DNA of 64,000 nucleotides from Candidatus Thorarchaeota archaeon (GTDB lineage Archaea > Asgardarchaeota > Thorarchaeia > Thorarchaeales > Thorarchaeaceae): NCBI GenBank assembly GCA_004524445.1, contig SDNP01000008.1:1-64000 (forward strand). The letters are read 5' to 3'. Within the stretch, counting starts at the first letter, position 1. Each line of letters begins with the position of its first letter. This document shows positions 38,675-47,678 of this stretch, in pieces. The notes beneath the pieces were generated by a model, which saw nothing but the letters and a program-made list of their open reading frames with translations, had not been told where the DNA came from and ran no database searches. Position numbers and translations under genes: made by a program.

Positions 38675-39277
38675 ATAAATTGCATATGTGCTCAAGTATA
38701 CAAGTATAAAACCAAAGAGGATGAGCGTTAGGGAACCCATCAATCTAAGCGAATCAGATATCGAGAATCTTACAAAGGCGTTTCAAATCTTGTCAGGCCC
38801 CTCAAGACCTCGTATCATAGAGATTCTAGCTCAAGATGAGAATATCACCGTGAGCGGGATAGCTAAAGGAGTTAACCTCAGTATTAGTAGTGTTAGTCAT
38901 CAATTGAGTAAACTAAAGGAAAGAGGATTTGTGGGAGCCAAGAAAATAGGTCGAAAAGCAATCTATAGAATTGAAGATGAATGTATTCAGGCCATACTGA
39001 GGAGAGCCACCCCACATGTTAGATATCAGTGATACTGCGTGTCAGCACTGCGAAGCAGAGAGAGCTCAACAGCAGGAAATAGACTTCAGGGTCAAGTATG
39101 CCTTGGCACTAATTTCGGACATACCACTTATTGGTGGAACATTGATACAAGTATTCACATCAATAGCATATGTTCCTCCAGTCCTATTTCTGATTTCAAT
39201 ATTCTCTGCAGGTAGATGGATAATTCCCAATGACATTAAGAGCATCATCAGGGTTCATTTGGGCATAACTTTCCTCA
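38675..39277 (+). repeat. diverged direct copy of the operator-arsR-5'cadA segment (partner about 47321-47923)
   Basis: Long near-identical stretches, e.g. agaggatttgtgggagccaagaa, and ataactttcctca at the breakpoint. Confidence 0.9.
38721..39032 (+). CDS. ArsR/SmtB regulator, probably decaying paralog
   Basis: Copy of 47376..47678 with DPSRL changed to GPSRP; the partner's ATG reads AGG here. Confidence 0.7.
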   Translation: MSVREPINLSESDIENLTKAFQILSGPSRPRIIEILAQDENITVSGIAKGVNLSISSVSHQLSKLKERGFVGAKKIGRKAIYRIEDECIQAILRRATPHVRYQ

Positions 39278-39303
39278 GGCTTTCGGCCGCGAGCTCCGCT
39301 TGA
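39016..39303 (+). pseudogene. truncated heavy-metal P1B-ATPase (first ~87 codons)
   Basis: Matches the N-terminus of 47662..49584 up to HLGITFL, then unrelated sequence and a stop. Confidence 0.85.
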
Positions 39304-39682
39304 TGTAGCTGGGCCACTCACCTAGTACACTATTGTATGTGTCTTGGGCTATTTGATCTTCCACAGACTTCATGTTGGGATCAGCTATGAGATAATCAGA
39401 CAGGAATTGGACACTTTTGCTGGACAAATGAACTAGAAAAAGGAAGGTACTATGTTATTCCAGAAGGCGTACCTCTACGTCTTGCCGAATGATGGTCATA
39501 TCGCATAGAATCTTGCTCTTACATGAGAAAACATGAGTCTTGGGAGTTGTCAGATTGCAGCACTCTATGGTGAGCTGAATCGCATGTTGGAACCGGATGC
39601 CGATTCAGAGAGCGTCATCTACCTCAGCTCGGTGAGCTATGCGAGGAGAAAAAGCGAGAGTAACTGGTTTCTCAATCAATGG

Positions 39683-42199
39683 TTACTCTTCTTGTTCGCC
39701 CTTCTCGATGATCGGAATAAGCCCCTTCCTCTTTAGAGGTGCTGAGATTCTATTCCTCGCCTTTTCATTCTCTTCCTTGATCATGTCGATACCAATATCC
39801 TTGAGGCTCTGATTCAGCTCTTTCATTGTTCTTGCAAAGATGAGTCCCTCAGCAGCGGAGATCTCCTTCCATAGGAATCTCTCGGTGCTGATTCCTGCTC
39901 CTTCAAGCACCTTATGGTAGCGTTGGAACCTCTCATACGCGATAATATTTCCGCTGATGTAGTGACAGTCTGTGGGTCTGTGGCATGCACCCACCATGAC
40001 TGCTCCGGCGCCAAGTCTGAAGGCCTCCGCGACAAAATCCGTGTCCACCCTGCCGGAGCACATCACTCTGATGATCCGTGAATTGGGGGGATAGGTGAAC
40101 CTGCTTGTTCCTGCAAGATCAGACCCTCCATAACAGCACCAATTGCAGGCAAAGACCAGAATCTTTTCCTCGGCCTTGTCCTCCAGTGCTGCTCTGATCT
40201 GTGAGAAAATCATAGGGTCAGTGTAGTGCATCTGCTCAATAGCATCGTGGGGACAAGACGCAACACACGTGCCGCAACCATGACAATTGGCTACGTTGAC
40301 AACGGCAGCTTTACCGTCTATCGCTGTGATGGCAATGTAGGGGCATTTATCGACACAGATGCCACAGTCTCGCTCAAGATTCTTGCATCTCTCGGGGTTA
40401 ACAACGGCAACGATGGGTTCAATCTCGACAGTGTCTTTGGACAGAATGGTTGCAGCACGCGACGCTGCACCGCTGCCAGCTGATACTGAATAGGGTATAT
40501 CTTTGAGACCCTGGCAGGCACCGGACAGGGTGATTCCATCCACAGGTGTATCGAGGGGCTTGAGCTTCGGATGTGCCTCCATGAAGAATCCGTCAGCGCT
40601 TCTAGTGATATGGAGTTTCGAGCCAAGCTCCCCAGTCCCAAAGCTTGGCTCACCAGCAGTTGCTAGGATTAGCAGGTCGACCTCAACTTGGACCTCGCGT
40701 CCTAGCAGTATATCTTCAGAACGCACAATGAGATTCTTGGTTCTGGGGTCCTCGATGACCTCATATGGTCTGCCCTTTATGAAGGTGAAGCCCGCTTCTC
40801 TTCCTCTTGTGTAAAATTCCTCATATCCCTTCCCAGTAGTCCTTATGTCGATGTACCATATGAATATCTCAGTGTCTGGGTAGTGTTCCTTGATCAAAGT
40901 AGAATTCTTTAAAGTGTACATGCAGCAAAAGTTGGAGCAATACTCGTATTTATTGACATCGCGAGACCCCACACATTGGATGAAGCCCACGCGATGAGGG
41001 TGTTTACCATCAGACCTGCGAATTACTTCGCCTCCTGTGGGTCCTCCCGCACAAACGAGTCGCTCTACTTCAAGGGCGGTTATGACATTCTCGAATTTCC
41101 CGTAACCGTAATACCCTTCTTGCACAGCTTCAGATTCTCCTCCTCTGACAGGTTCGTACATGGAATGATAGCCCGTAGCCACGGTGATAGTTCCCACCTC
41201 AACTTCGATCTCTTCTGCTTCCTGTTCGAAGTCGATGGCTTGCCGTTCGCCGCAGACATCAACACACTTGTAACACTCGATACAATGGTCACGGTTTATT
41301 GTGAACACGAGAGGTACTGCTTGTGCGAAGGGTACAGAGATGGCCTTTCGTGTTCCGAGATTCTGTTCCCACGCGTTGGGGTACTCGATTGGGCAGACCT
41401 CAGCGCACTCGCCACAGCCGGTGCAGTTATCTTGGATGACGTACCGGGGATTCTTTCGAATTCTGACCTTGAAGTTGCCGACGTATCCATCTACATGTAA
41501 AATGTCCGCAAACGAGAGGATTTCGATGTTGGGGTGTCGTCCCACCTCGACCATCTTTGGCCCCTCGATGCAGATTGAACAGTCCAGTGTGGGGAAGGTC
41601 TTGTCGAGCTGAGCCATGTGACCACCAAGGCTCTCGTCATGTTCGACTAGATATGTCTTGTATCCCATATTGGCAAGGTCAAGAGCGGCATGGATTCCGG
41701 AGACTCCTCCTCCGATTACCATGGCTCTATCTGTCACAGGTACTTCGAACTTCTGCAAAGGCACGGTCAGTGCAGCCTTGACAACCGCCATTTTTATGAT
41801 TTCTTTCGCTTTTTGCAGAGAGTCCTCCGTTTCCTCGTGACACCATGAGCAGTGTTCTCTGATATTCGCCATAATAAAATTGAACGGATTCATTCCTGCC
41901 TCCGAAACCGTGACCCTAAAGGTGGGTTCGTGCATCCGAGGCGAACATGCGGCGACCACCACCTTGTTGAGATTGTGTTCCTTAATCCCCTCACGAATCT
42001 CCTTCTGACCAGGATCAGAACATGTGTATCGGTTCTGTTTTGCGTAGACAACCGAGTCCAGCGTTTTCACGTATTCTTCCAATGCGTCAATATCGAGAGT
42101 GCCAGCAATGTTGGAACCGCAATGACAGATGAAGACACCAATTCGGGGCTTTTCGGCTACGAGTGTCACGTGATTCTGTTCGGCCTGCGTGTCAGTCAA
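39683..42199 (-). CDS. hdrA: heterodisulfide reductase subunit A fused to MvhD
   Basis: GVFICHCG, ACSPRMHE, GGGVSG, DKTFPTLDC and QCVGSRD; C-terminal ACNWC...RVMCSGR...DCHY. Confidence 0.95.
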   Translation of the reverse strand: MTDTQAEQNHVTLVAEKPRIGVFICHCGSNIAGTLDIDALEEYVKTLDSVVYAKQNRYTCSDPGQKEIREGIKEHNLNKVVVAACSPRMHEPTFRVTVSEAGMNPFNFIMANIREHCSWCHEETEDSLQKAKEIIKMAVVKAALTVPLQKFEVPVTDRAMVIGGGVSGIHAALDLANMGYKTYLVEHDESLGGHMAQLDKTFPTLDCSICIEGPKMVEVGRHPNIEILSFADILHVDGYVGNFKVRIRKNPRYVIQDNCTGCGECAEVCPIEYPNAWEQNLGTRKAISVPFAQAVPLVFTINRDHCIECYKCVDVCGERQAIDFEQEAEEIEVEVGTITVATGYHSMYEPVRGGESEAVQEGYYGYGKFENVITALEVERLVCAGGPTGGEVIRRSDGKHPHRVGFIQCVGSRDVNKYEYCSNFCCMYTLKNSTLIKEHYPDTEIFIWYIDIRTTGKGYEEFYTRGREAGFTFIKGRPYEVIEDPRTKNLIVRSEDILLGREVQVEVDLLILATAGEPSFGTGELGSKLHITRSADGFFMEAHPKLKPLDTPVDGITLSGACQGLKDIPYSVSAGSGAASRAATILSKDTVEIEPIVAVVNPERCKNLERDCGICVDKCPYIAITAIDGKAAVVNVANCHGCGTCVASCPHDAIEQMHYTDPMIFSQIRAALEDKAEEKILVFACNWCCYGGSDLAGTSRFTYPPNSRIIRVMCSGRVDTDFVAEAFRLGAGAVMVGACHRPTDCHYISGNIIAYERFQRYHKVLEGAGISTERFLWKEISAAEGLIFARTMKELNQSLKDIGIDMIKEENEKARNRISAPLKRKGLIPIIEKGEQEE

Positions 42200-42205
42200 T
42201 GTTGA

Positions 42206-43072
42206 TCACTTTTCTCCACCCATGTTTCGTCGTTTCATGGCCTCGGCAACTTTGCTTGTTCTTTTCCTCCGAATTTCACGATCGAAGGCATCAGAGGTTG
42301 CCAGTTTCTCCAACGCTTTGTTCCACGCCCCAGATTTGACAGGGGTATGTCGAACTGATGTCCGTGTAACAATCAACGCCTCCTCCGGCTTTGGGCAGAC
42401 TTGGAGGCATGCCTCGCAGTAAACACAGTGCCTTCCTAGGGGATGAACATTCCCATCCTCGCTTAGTTCCAGAGCCTCTACGGGACAAACATCTAGGCAG
42501 CTCTTGCAGCCTTCAGGACACTTCTCCTGATGGATGATGATGGAGCCCAAGAATACCGGACGAACAAGAATCGCCCCTTCTGTCCTGTCTTCACAATGTC
42601 TGCAACAGGGACATGATTTCTCATCGATGACTAGTTTTCCGTCTTCTACTGAGATTAGATTCAACGGACACAACTCGTCTGCCCTATCCAGATAAGGATT
42701 TATCCTCTCTTCATTGACCTTGATTTCGCGAACATAATGAGGGAAACTCTCCGTTTCCTGGACACACACGACTGGCTCACCATTGACTGTATGTTCGATT
42801 GCCCCGAACGGACACATTGCTTCGCACATGCCGCAGTGGTCGCAGAGATGTTCGTCAATATTAAGAATCGACGCTTGCGCAACCTCTTCCCCGTCTACTA
42901 TTGTCTTTTCTCTGTCGACAAGAGAAATTGCGCCTATATGACAGATTGTTTCACAAACGCCACATCCTCTACACTTTTCTCTGTCCACGATTAGCAGGAA
43001 GCGTTTTGTGTAAAGCCCCCGTTCGATGACCAAAGCATTGTGAGTTTCTGTCTTCTTCAGTCGTAATGGCAA
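42206..43072 (-). CDS. polyferredoxin (FwdF-like)
   Basis: Several CxxCxxCxxxCP-type motifs; 6 nt upstream of hdrA. Confidence 0.85.
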   Translation of the reverse strand: MPLRLKKTETHNALVIERGLYTKRFLLIVDREKCRGCGVCETICHIGAISLVDREKTIVDGEEVAQASILNIDEHLCDHCGMCEAMCPFGAIEHTVNGEPVVCVQETESFPHYVREIKVNEERINPYLDRADELCPLNLISVEDGKLVIDEKSCPCCRHCEDRTEGAILVRPVFLGSIIIHQEKCPEGCKSCLDVCPVEALELSEDGNVHPLGRHCVYCEACLQVCPKPEEALIVTRTSVRHTPVKSGAWNKALEKLATSDAFDREIRRKRTSKVAEAMKRRNMGGEK

Positions 43073-43395
43073 ATATCTAAACTTCCTCTATCGTCTTGCT
43101 ACATTGTGACTAGGATGCGTCTTGCAATGTCACATATATTAAATCTATTTTTTAGGGAAACAAAAACTTGGTGGGAATCCTATGTTTGGATAGACCACGT
43201 CCATGTTTCTTTATTCAGAATAGAACCTGCCAGCTGCAAGTATTCGTGTCTTGTTCATAGATTCTATCGATCCGACTACTCATCTTCTCTACTGTCCTAA
43301 GTCAATTCGTTTGGTCGTAGGTGGACAAGCCTCAATACTTTTATCACATGTTCATTCGTTCTGACGCGTAAATATGCATTTCGAACTGGCCGAGA

Positions 43396-45312
43396 GTGGA
43401 TAGCGTGAAAGGATACGCGAATAATATCTTGTACATCAACTTGAGCTCTGGAAAAACAAAGACCGAACCACTAGGGAAGGAGATGGCTAGAAATTTCCTT
43501 GGTGGTGCAGGATTCGGTATCAAAATGATTACAGATCATCAGCGACCCACCACAGATGCCTTTGATCCTGAGAATCCTATAGTATACTCGTGTGGTACCT
43601 TTTCTGGTATGATGGTAGCCGGGAGCGGCAGCAAGTGGGGTGTCGCTGCAAAATCGCCTCAATCACAAGGACTTGGCGAGGCATATTCAACCGGATTCTT
43701 TGGCGCTGAACTACGGAGAGCTGGATATGACATCGTCATGGTGACGGGAAAGGCTGAGCGGCCGTCATATATCTACTTAGAGGATGACAGCGTCCAAATC
43801 CTCGACGCCAACCACTTGTGGGGGAAGCATAACTGGGACACTGAGGACACAATCAAATCAGACCTGGGAGATCCTGGGGTGAGAGTAGCATCGATAGGTC
43901 CAGCAGGAGAGAATCTCGTTCGCTTTTCAGCTATTATCAATGATAGGCTCAGAGCAGCCGGGCGCACAGGAATGGGCGCGGTGATGGGATCTAAGAACCT
44001 CAAGGCTGTCGCAGTTAGAGGCTTCAATGATGTAGAAGTTGCTGATGTTGATGGCTTCAAAGAGTTCGCGCTTGAGATCTATGAAAAGTCAAAAGGACCC
44101 GCCACAGAGAAGTACCGACTACTTGGTACCGCGGCCAACGTTCTGACACTAAACAAGCAGGCTGCCATGCCCACGAGAAACTGGCAAGATGCAGTATTTG
44201 AGAACGCAGACAAGATAAGTGGAGAAGCTCTCAATGAAATGCATGTTGAGAAAATACAGGGTTGCGATAGCTGTGGAATGCGCTGCGAGCATGTTGGTGT
44301 GGTAAGAGAAGGCCCATTCAAAGGTGCAATCGGTCGTGTCGAATATGAGCCAAGCTATGCTTTTGGATCGTGTACAGGTGTTGACAGACCCGATGCCATT
44401 ATCCGGGCTGTACAGCTCTCTGACTTATACGGTACAGATGCGCTGTCAACAGGTGTTGTGGTTGCATTTGCTATGGAAGCATACGAGAAGGGAATCATCA
44501 GCAAGAAGGACACAGGTGGTATAGAGCTCGAGTTCGGTAACGCCGAGGGTATGTGTGACATGATAGAAAAGATTGCCCTCAGAGAAGACATAGGGGACCT
44601 CTTGGCTGAAGGTGTGGAACGTGCAGCCGCTAAACTAGGAAAAGGGGCAGAGAAATTCGCTATGCATATTAAAGGTGTGGAAATGACGGGTTATGATGTG
44701 CGGGGCCTCAAGACCTGTGCTCTAGGTTATGCCGTGTCGCGCAGAGGCGCCGACCATCAACGACATGGTGCCTACGGGCCCGATTTGAAAGGGCAGGTCG
44801 ACCGTTTCAAGGCTGAGAAAGGAAGGGGTCAACTTGTCATCGATGGAGAAGACCTCTATAGCGTCATCGATTCGCTCATAATTTGCAAGTTCTCAAGAGG
44901 GATATGGGACTACGACAGTTATGCCAAGATGTACACTCTGGCTACTGGAATTCCAATGACTGCAGAGGAAATGCGACGCTGTGGCGAGAGAATCAGCAAT
45001 TTGGGCAAAATCTACAATCTCCGGGAGGGCATCGGTCGTGAAAGGGACACACTGCCCATCCGATGCATGACTGAACCGATTAAGTCGGGAATTGCAAAGG
45101 GTTCTCTAGTCACTCGGGAGGAACTGGATCTTCTTCTTGATGACTATTATGAAACGCGGGGTTGGTCAGAAGATGGTATCCCATCAGATGCCAAGCTCAA
45201 GGAGTTAGGACTCGAGGATTATGCCGAGCACCTGAGAGGCTTGAAGAGGACAGACACCAAGAGGAAGAGTGGGAAGAAAAAGACCACGAAGAAGATGACG
45301 AAGAAGGATTGA
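43396..45312 (+). CDS. aor: tungsten-dependent aldehyde:ferredoxin oxidoreductase family
   Basis: KSP, SIGPAGENLV, AAGRTGMGAVMGSKNLKA, C..C...C, EYE and YYETRGW motifs. Confidence 0.93.
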   Translation: MDSVKGYANNILYINLSSGKTKTEPLGKEMARNFLGGAGFGIKMITDHQRPTTDAFDPENPIVYSCGTFSGMMVAGSGSKWGVAAKSPQSQGLGEAYSTGFFGAELRRAGYDIVMVTGKAERPSYIYLEDDSVQILDANHLWGKHNWDTEDTIKSDLGDPGVRVASIGPAGENLVRFSAIINDRLRAAGRTGMGAVMGSKNLKAVAVRGFNDVEVADVDGFKEFALEIYEKSKGPATEKYRLLGTAANVLTLNKQAAMPTRNWQDAVFENADKISGEALNEMHVEKIQGCDSCGMRCEHVGVVREGPFKGAIGRVEYEPSYAFGSCTGVDRPDAIIRAVQLSDLYGTDALSTGVVVAFAMEAYEKGIISKKDTGGIELEFGNAEGMCDMIEKIALREDIGDLLAEGVERAAAKLGKGAEKFAMHIKGVEMTGYDVRGLKTCALGYAVSRRGADHQRHGAYGPDLKGQVDRFKAEKGRGQLVIDGEDLYSVIDSLIICKFSRGIWDYDSYAKMYTLATGIPMTAEEMRRCGERISNLGKIYNLREGIGRERDTLPIRCMTEPIKSGIAKGSLVTREELDLLLDDYYETRGWSEDGIPSDAKLKELGLEDYAEHLRGLKRTDTKRKSGKKKTTKKMTKKD

Positions 45313-45325
45313 TGGAGACAACAGA

Positions 45326-45817
45326 ATGGCGAAAGGAAACAAGTTTGTGAGTTGTGACCCAGATCTCTGCACTGGTTGTACTGTCTGTGAATATGCATGT
45401 TCCCTTGAGAAGGACAGGGTCTTCAACCCCATCAGGTCTCGGATTAGGGCCGTTCGTGTCTATCCGAGCAGCAATCTCGCAATAGCTTGCATAATGTGCG
45501 AAGACGCCCCCTGTGTCATCGCTTGCCCACGAGATGCTCTGCAACAGAGTGAGAAAGACGGTCATATCATCGTCAATGAAGACAAGTGCAATGGATGTGG
45601 TTGGTGCGTTGAAGCGTGCGATTTTGGAGCAATCACAGTAGGCACTGACAGAATTGCTATCGTCTGCGACCTTTGTGATGGTGAGCCAAAATGTATAGAA
45701 GTCTGTCCAGTAGAAGCTCTCTCATTGCAGAGCCGTGAAACTGCAGCACGGAAGTCTCGAATAACTGCAACAGTCGCCCGAATGTTGGCAGCTGAAGCCT
45801 CAGAGGTCGACAAATAG
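45326..45817 (+). CDS. 4Fe-4S dicluster protein (DmsB-like AOR partner)
   Basis: CTGCTVCEYAC, CIMCEDAPC, CNGCGWC and CDLC motifs. Confidence 0.9.
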   Translation: MAKGNKFVSCDPDLCTGCTVCEYACSLEKDRVFNPIRSRIRAVRVYPSSNLAIACIMCEDAPCVIACPRDALQQSEKDGHIIVNEDKCNGCGWCVEACDFGAITVGTDRIAIVCDLCDGEPKCIEVCPVEALSLQSRETAARKSRITATVARMLAAEASEVDK

Positions 45818-45834
45818 AACAAGTATGACAGAGC

Positions 45835-46356
45835 CTAGGTTTTGTTTCTCTCGTTTCTCATCTTCGCAGTCATGTTCTTGACCAAGCTCTTTACCTTTGC
45901 CTCTTCACCATGGACTATGACTGTGTCAGGGTCTTCCTCTTTGATTGAGAGGCCCAAATCTGAGGCCATTTCCTTTATCTCCCCCTCTCTAATTACCTCA
46001 CCTATCGTAAGGCGGATCCAGTAGTCTGCTCGTGGAACCCCCGGAGAGAACGGTCTTGCCCGTGATATCTGAGGCTCAGACTCTCTGGCCTGTTTGATTC
46101 TGGCTATCCATTTGTCCGCATATTCTGGACCCACCCTGTTTTCAGCAAGATAGACCAGTTGTCCCTCCAGATTGTTCAACTGTTCCTCTACCTTTTGCAT
46201 AGTCTCTTCATAGGTGGGGTCTGCTTTCAGGATGTTGATATTGCCGTGGACAGCCTTTAGTTTCCTCAAAAAGTCTGCAGGTATCTCGACATTTCTTTCC
46301 TTGAGATCGCCAAGCAATTCCTCTAAGACTCTCCAGACTGCGTAGTAATTCCACAT
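45835..46356 (-). CDS. DUF2096-family protein
   Basis: WRVLEELLGDL...IP...; PFSPGVPR...WIR; family usually found beside hdrCB. Confidence 0.75.
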   Translation of the reverse strand: MWNYYAVWRVLEELLGDLKERNVEIPADFLRKLKAVHGNINILKADPTYEETMQKVEEQLNNLEGQLVYLAENRVGPEYADKWIARIKQARESEPQISRARPFSPGVPRADYWIRLTIGEVIREGEIKEMASDLGLSIKEEDPDTVIVHGEEAKVKSLVKNMTAKMRNERNKT

Positions 46357-46368
46357 AGCCTAAGCCTC

Positions 46369-46485
46369 CTAGACTCCCTCTTCTTCCCTTCGCTCCAAGT
46401 TCGTGAAAACTTCGATAGTAGGGGCTTCGTAATTAAGAAGCCGAACTGGCGTCTTGCACCCAAGATAGAGCAAAATGTCATTCAT
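46369..46485 (-). pseudogene. hdrB: hdrB remnant (38 codons)
   Basis: ATG overlaps the hdrC stop (TAATG); MNDILLYLGCKTPVRLLNYEAPTIEVFTNL resembles the HdrB N-terminus; stop after 38 aa. Confidence 0.75.
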
Positions 46486-47030
46486 TATTCTTCTGCCTCG
46501 GGGAAGTATTTCTTCTTAATACGTTCTACGAATTTTTTGTTCCAATTCAACTCTGTTTCGAGACCCATATCGTCCCGATCATCTTCAATAAAATCTGAGT
46601 AAGAATCTTCCAAAAGCCATCCATCTTCAAGAACTGTGTCAACAATTTGCCTGTAAGCGTGAGGAATATGCTTTTCTTTTGCAGCTATGCGTCGAACTGC
46701 GTTCAATATATCCGCAGGGCTAACCCCTTGTGGGCACACCTCCGTGCATGAATGACACTTACTACAGACCCATATTTCAGAGCTGGAGATAAGGTCTTCA
46801 ACTAAGCCAAGCTGAACCATGCGTATCATTTTCCGAGGTCCTTGATATTCATCACTATATTGAGCGATAATGCATCCTGCAGTACACGTACCGCACTGGA
46901 AACACCGCCTTAGGCTTTCACCACCCGGTTCTCTCAACACCTTATGTTTGAACTCAGGGTCTACAATAACAGGCCTTCGACGTGATACAGGTTCTTTGCT
47001 TTCTGTTGCTTCTTCAGTCATGTACTCCAC
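46485..47030 (-). CDS. hdrC: heterodisulfide reductase subunit C
   Basis: CFQCGTCTAGC, PRKMIR...G and WVCSKCHSCTEVCPQGV motifs. Confidence 0.92.
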   Translation of the reverse strand: MEYMTEEATESKEPVSRRRPVIVDPEFKHKVLREPGGESLRRCFQCGTCTAGCIIAQYSDEYQGPRKMIRMVQLGLVEDLISSSEIWVCSKCHSCTEVCPQGVSPADILNAVRRIAAKEKHIPHAYRQIVDTVLEDGWLLEDSYSDFIEDDRDDMGLETELNWNKKFVERIKKKYFPEAEE

Positions 47031-47320
47031 TCACAAATATCTTTGCAGGATGACTTCTGTTTTCAAGCAAGCAGTCGGTATTAACATTTCCCAATCACGA
47101 AATCTTGGAGATGAATTTACTACTGTAACCTGACATGCTCATCTCTATGTGTCTTCACCCTCAAACCAAACCAGTGGGCTTCATAACTTGTCACGTATTA
47201 ATTGATATTCCTTTGTAAAAGTGCAGGAGATTGAGTTCCCAAAAGCCTGCTATCTGCTCGCGTATTGGCTTGATATGGCCCCTTCTTCTCCTACTGCACA
47301 GGAATATTTATCATGGCCAA

Positions 47321-47346
47321 AATATTTGAATATATGCTCAATCATT
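47321..47346 (+). promoter_or_regulatory. putative ArsR/SmtB 12-2-12 operator
   Basis: AATATTTGAATA-TA-TGCTCAATCATT (TGA..TCA core) just upstream of arsR; degenerate counterpart at 38675-38700. Confidence 0.5.
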
Positions 47347-47375
47347 CACATATATCACCAGGGAAGAGGAAAGTC

Positions 47376-47678
47376 ATGGAACCCATCAACCTAACTGAAT
47401 CAGATATAGAAGAGCTGTCGAAGGTGTTTCAAACGCTATCAGACCCATCGAGACTGCGCATTATAGAGATTCTGACACAAGATGAAAATATCACCGTAAG
47501 CGAAATAGCTGAAAGAGTGAATCTGAGTGTTAGCAGTGTTAGCCATCAATTGAGCAAACTAAAGGATAGAGGATTTGTGGGAGCCAAGAAGATAGGTCGA
47601 AAAGCAATCTATAGAGTCAAAGATGATTGTATTTATTCCATATTAAGGAGAGCAACTGTGCATGTTAGAGATCAGTGA
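47376..47678 (+). CDS. ArsR/SmtB metalloregulator
   Basis: FQTLSDPSRLRII...VSEIA...SVSHQLSKL; overlaps the P1B-ATPase start. Confidence 0.92.
   Translation: MEPINLTESDIEELSKVFQTLSDPSRLRIIEILTQDENITVSEIAERVNLSVSSVSHQLSKLKDRGFVGAKKIGRKAIYRVKDDCIYSILRRATVHVRDQ

Noticed and set aside
39560-42199. Selenoprotein HdrA/MvhD with a 3' SECIS (hairpin CTGAATC...GATTCAG near 39575-39608)
   Set aside because: HdrA-MvhD and the separate MvhD have Cys at the usual Sec positions and no in-frame TGA; the hairpin lacks a proper AUGA/GA quartet
19828-47030. Methylotrophic methanogenesis inferred from MtaA/MtaC-like and Hdr genes
   Set aside because: No mcr, mtr or substrate-specific mtaB/mttB in the window; these families are widespread in non-methanogens
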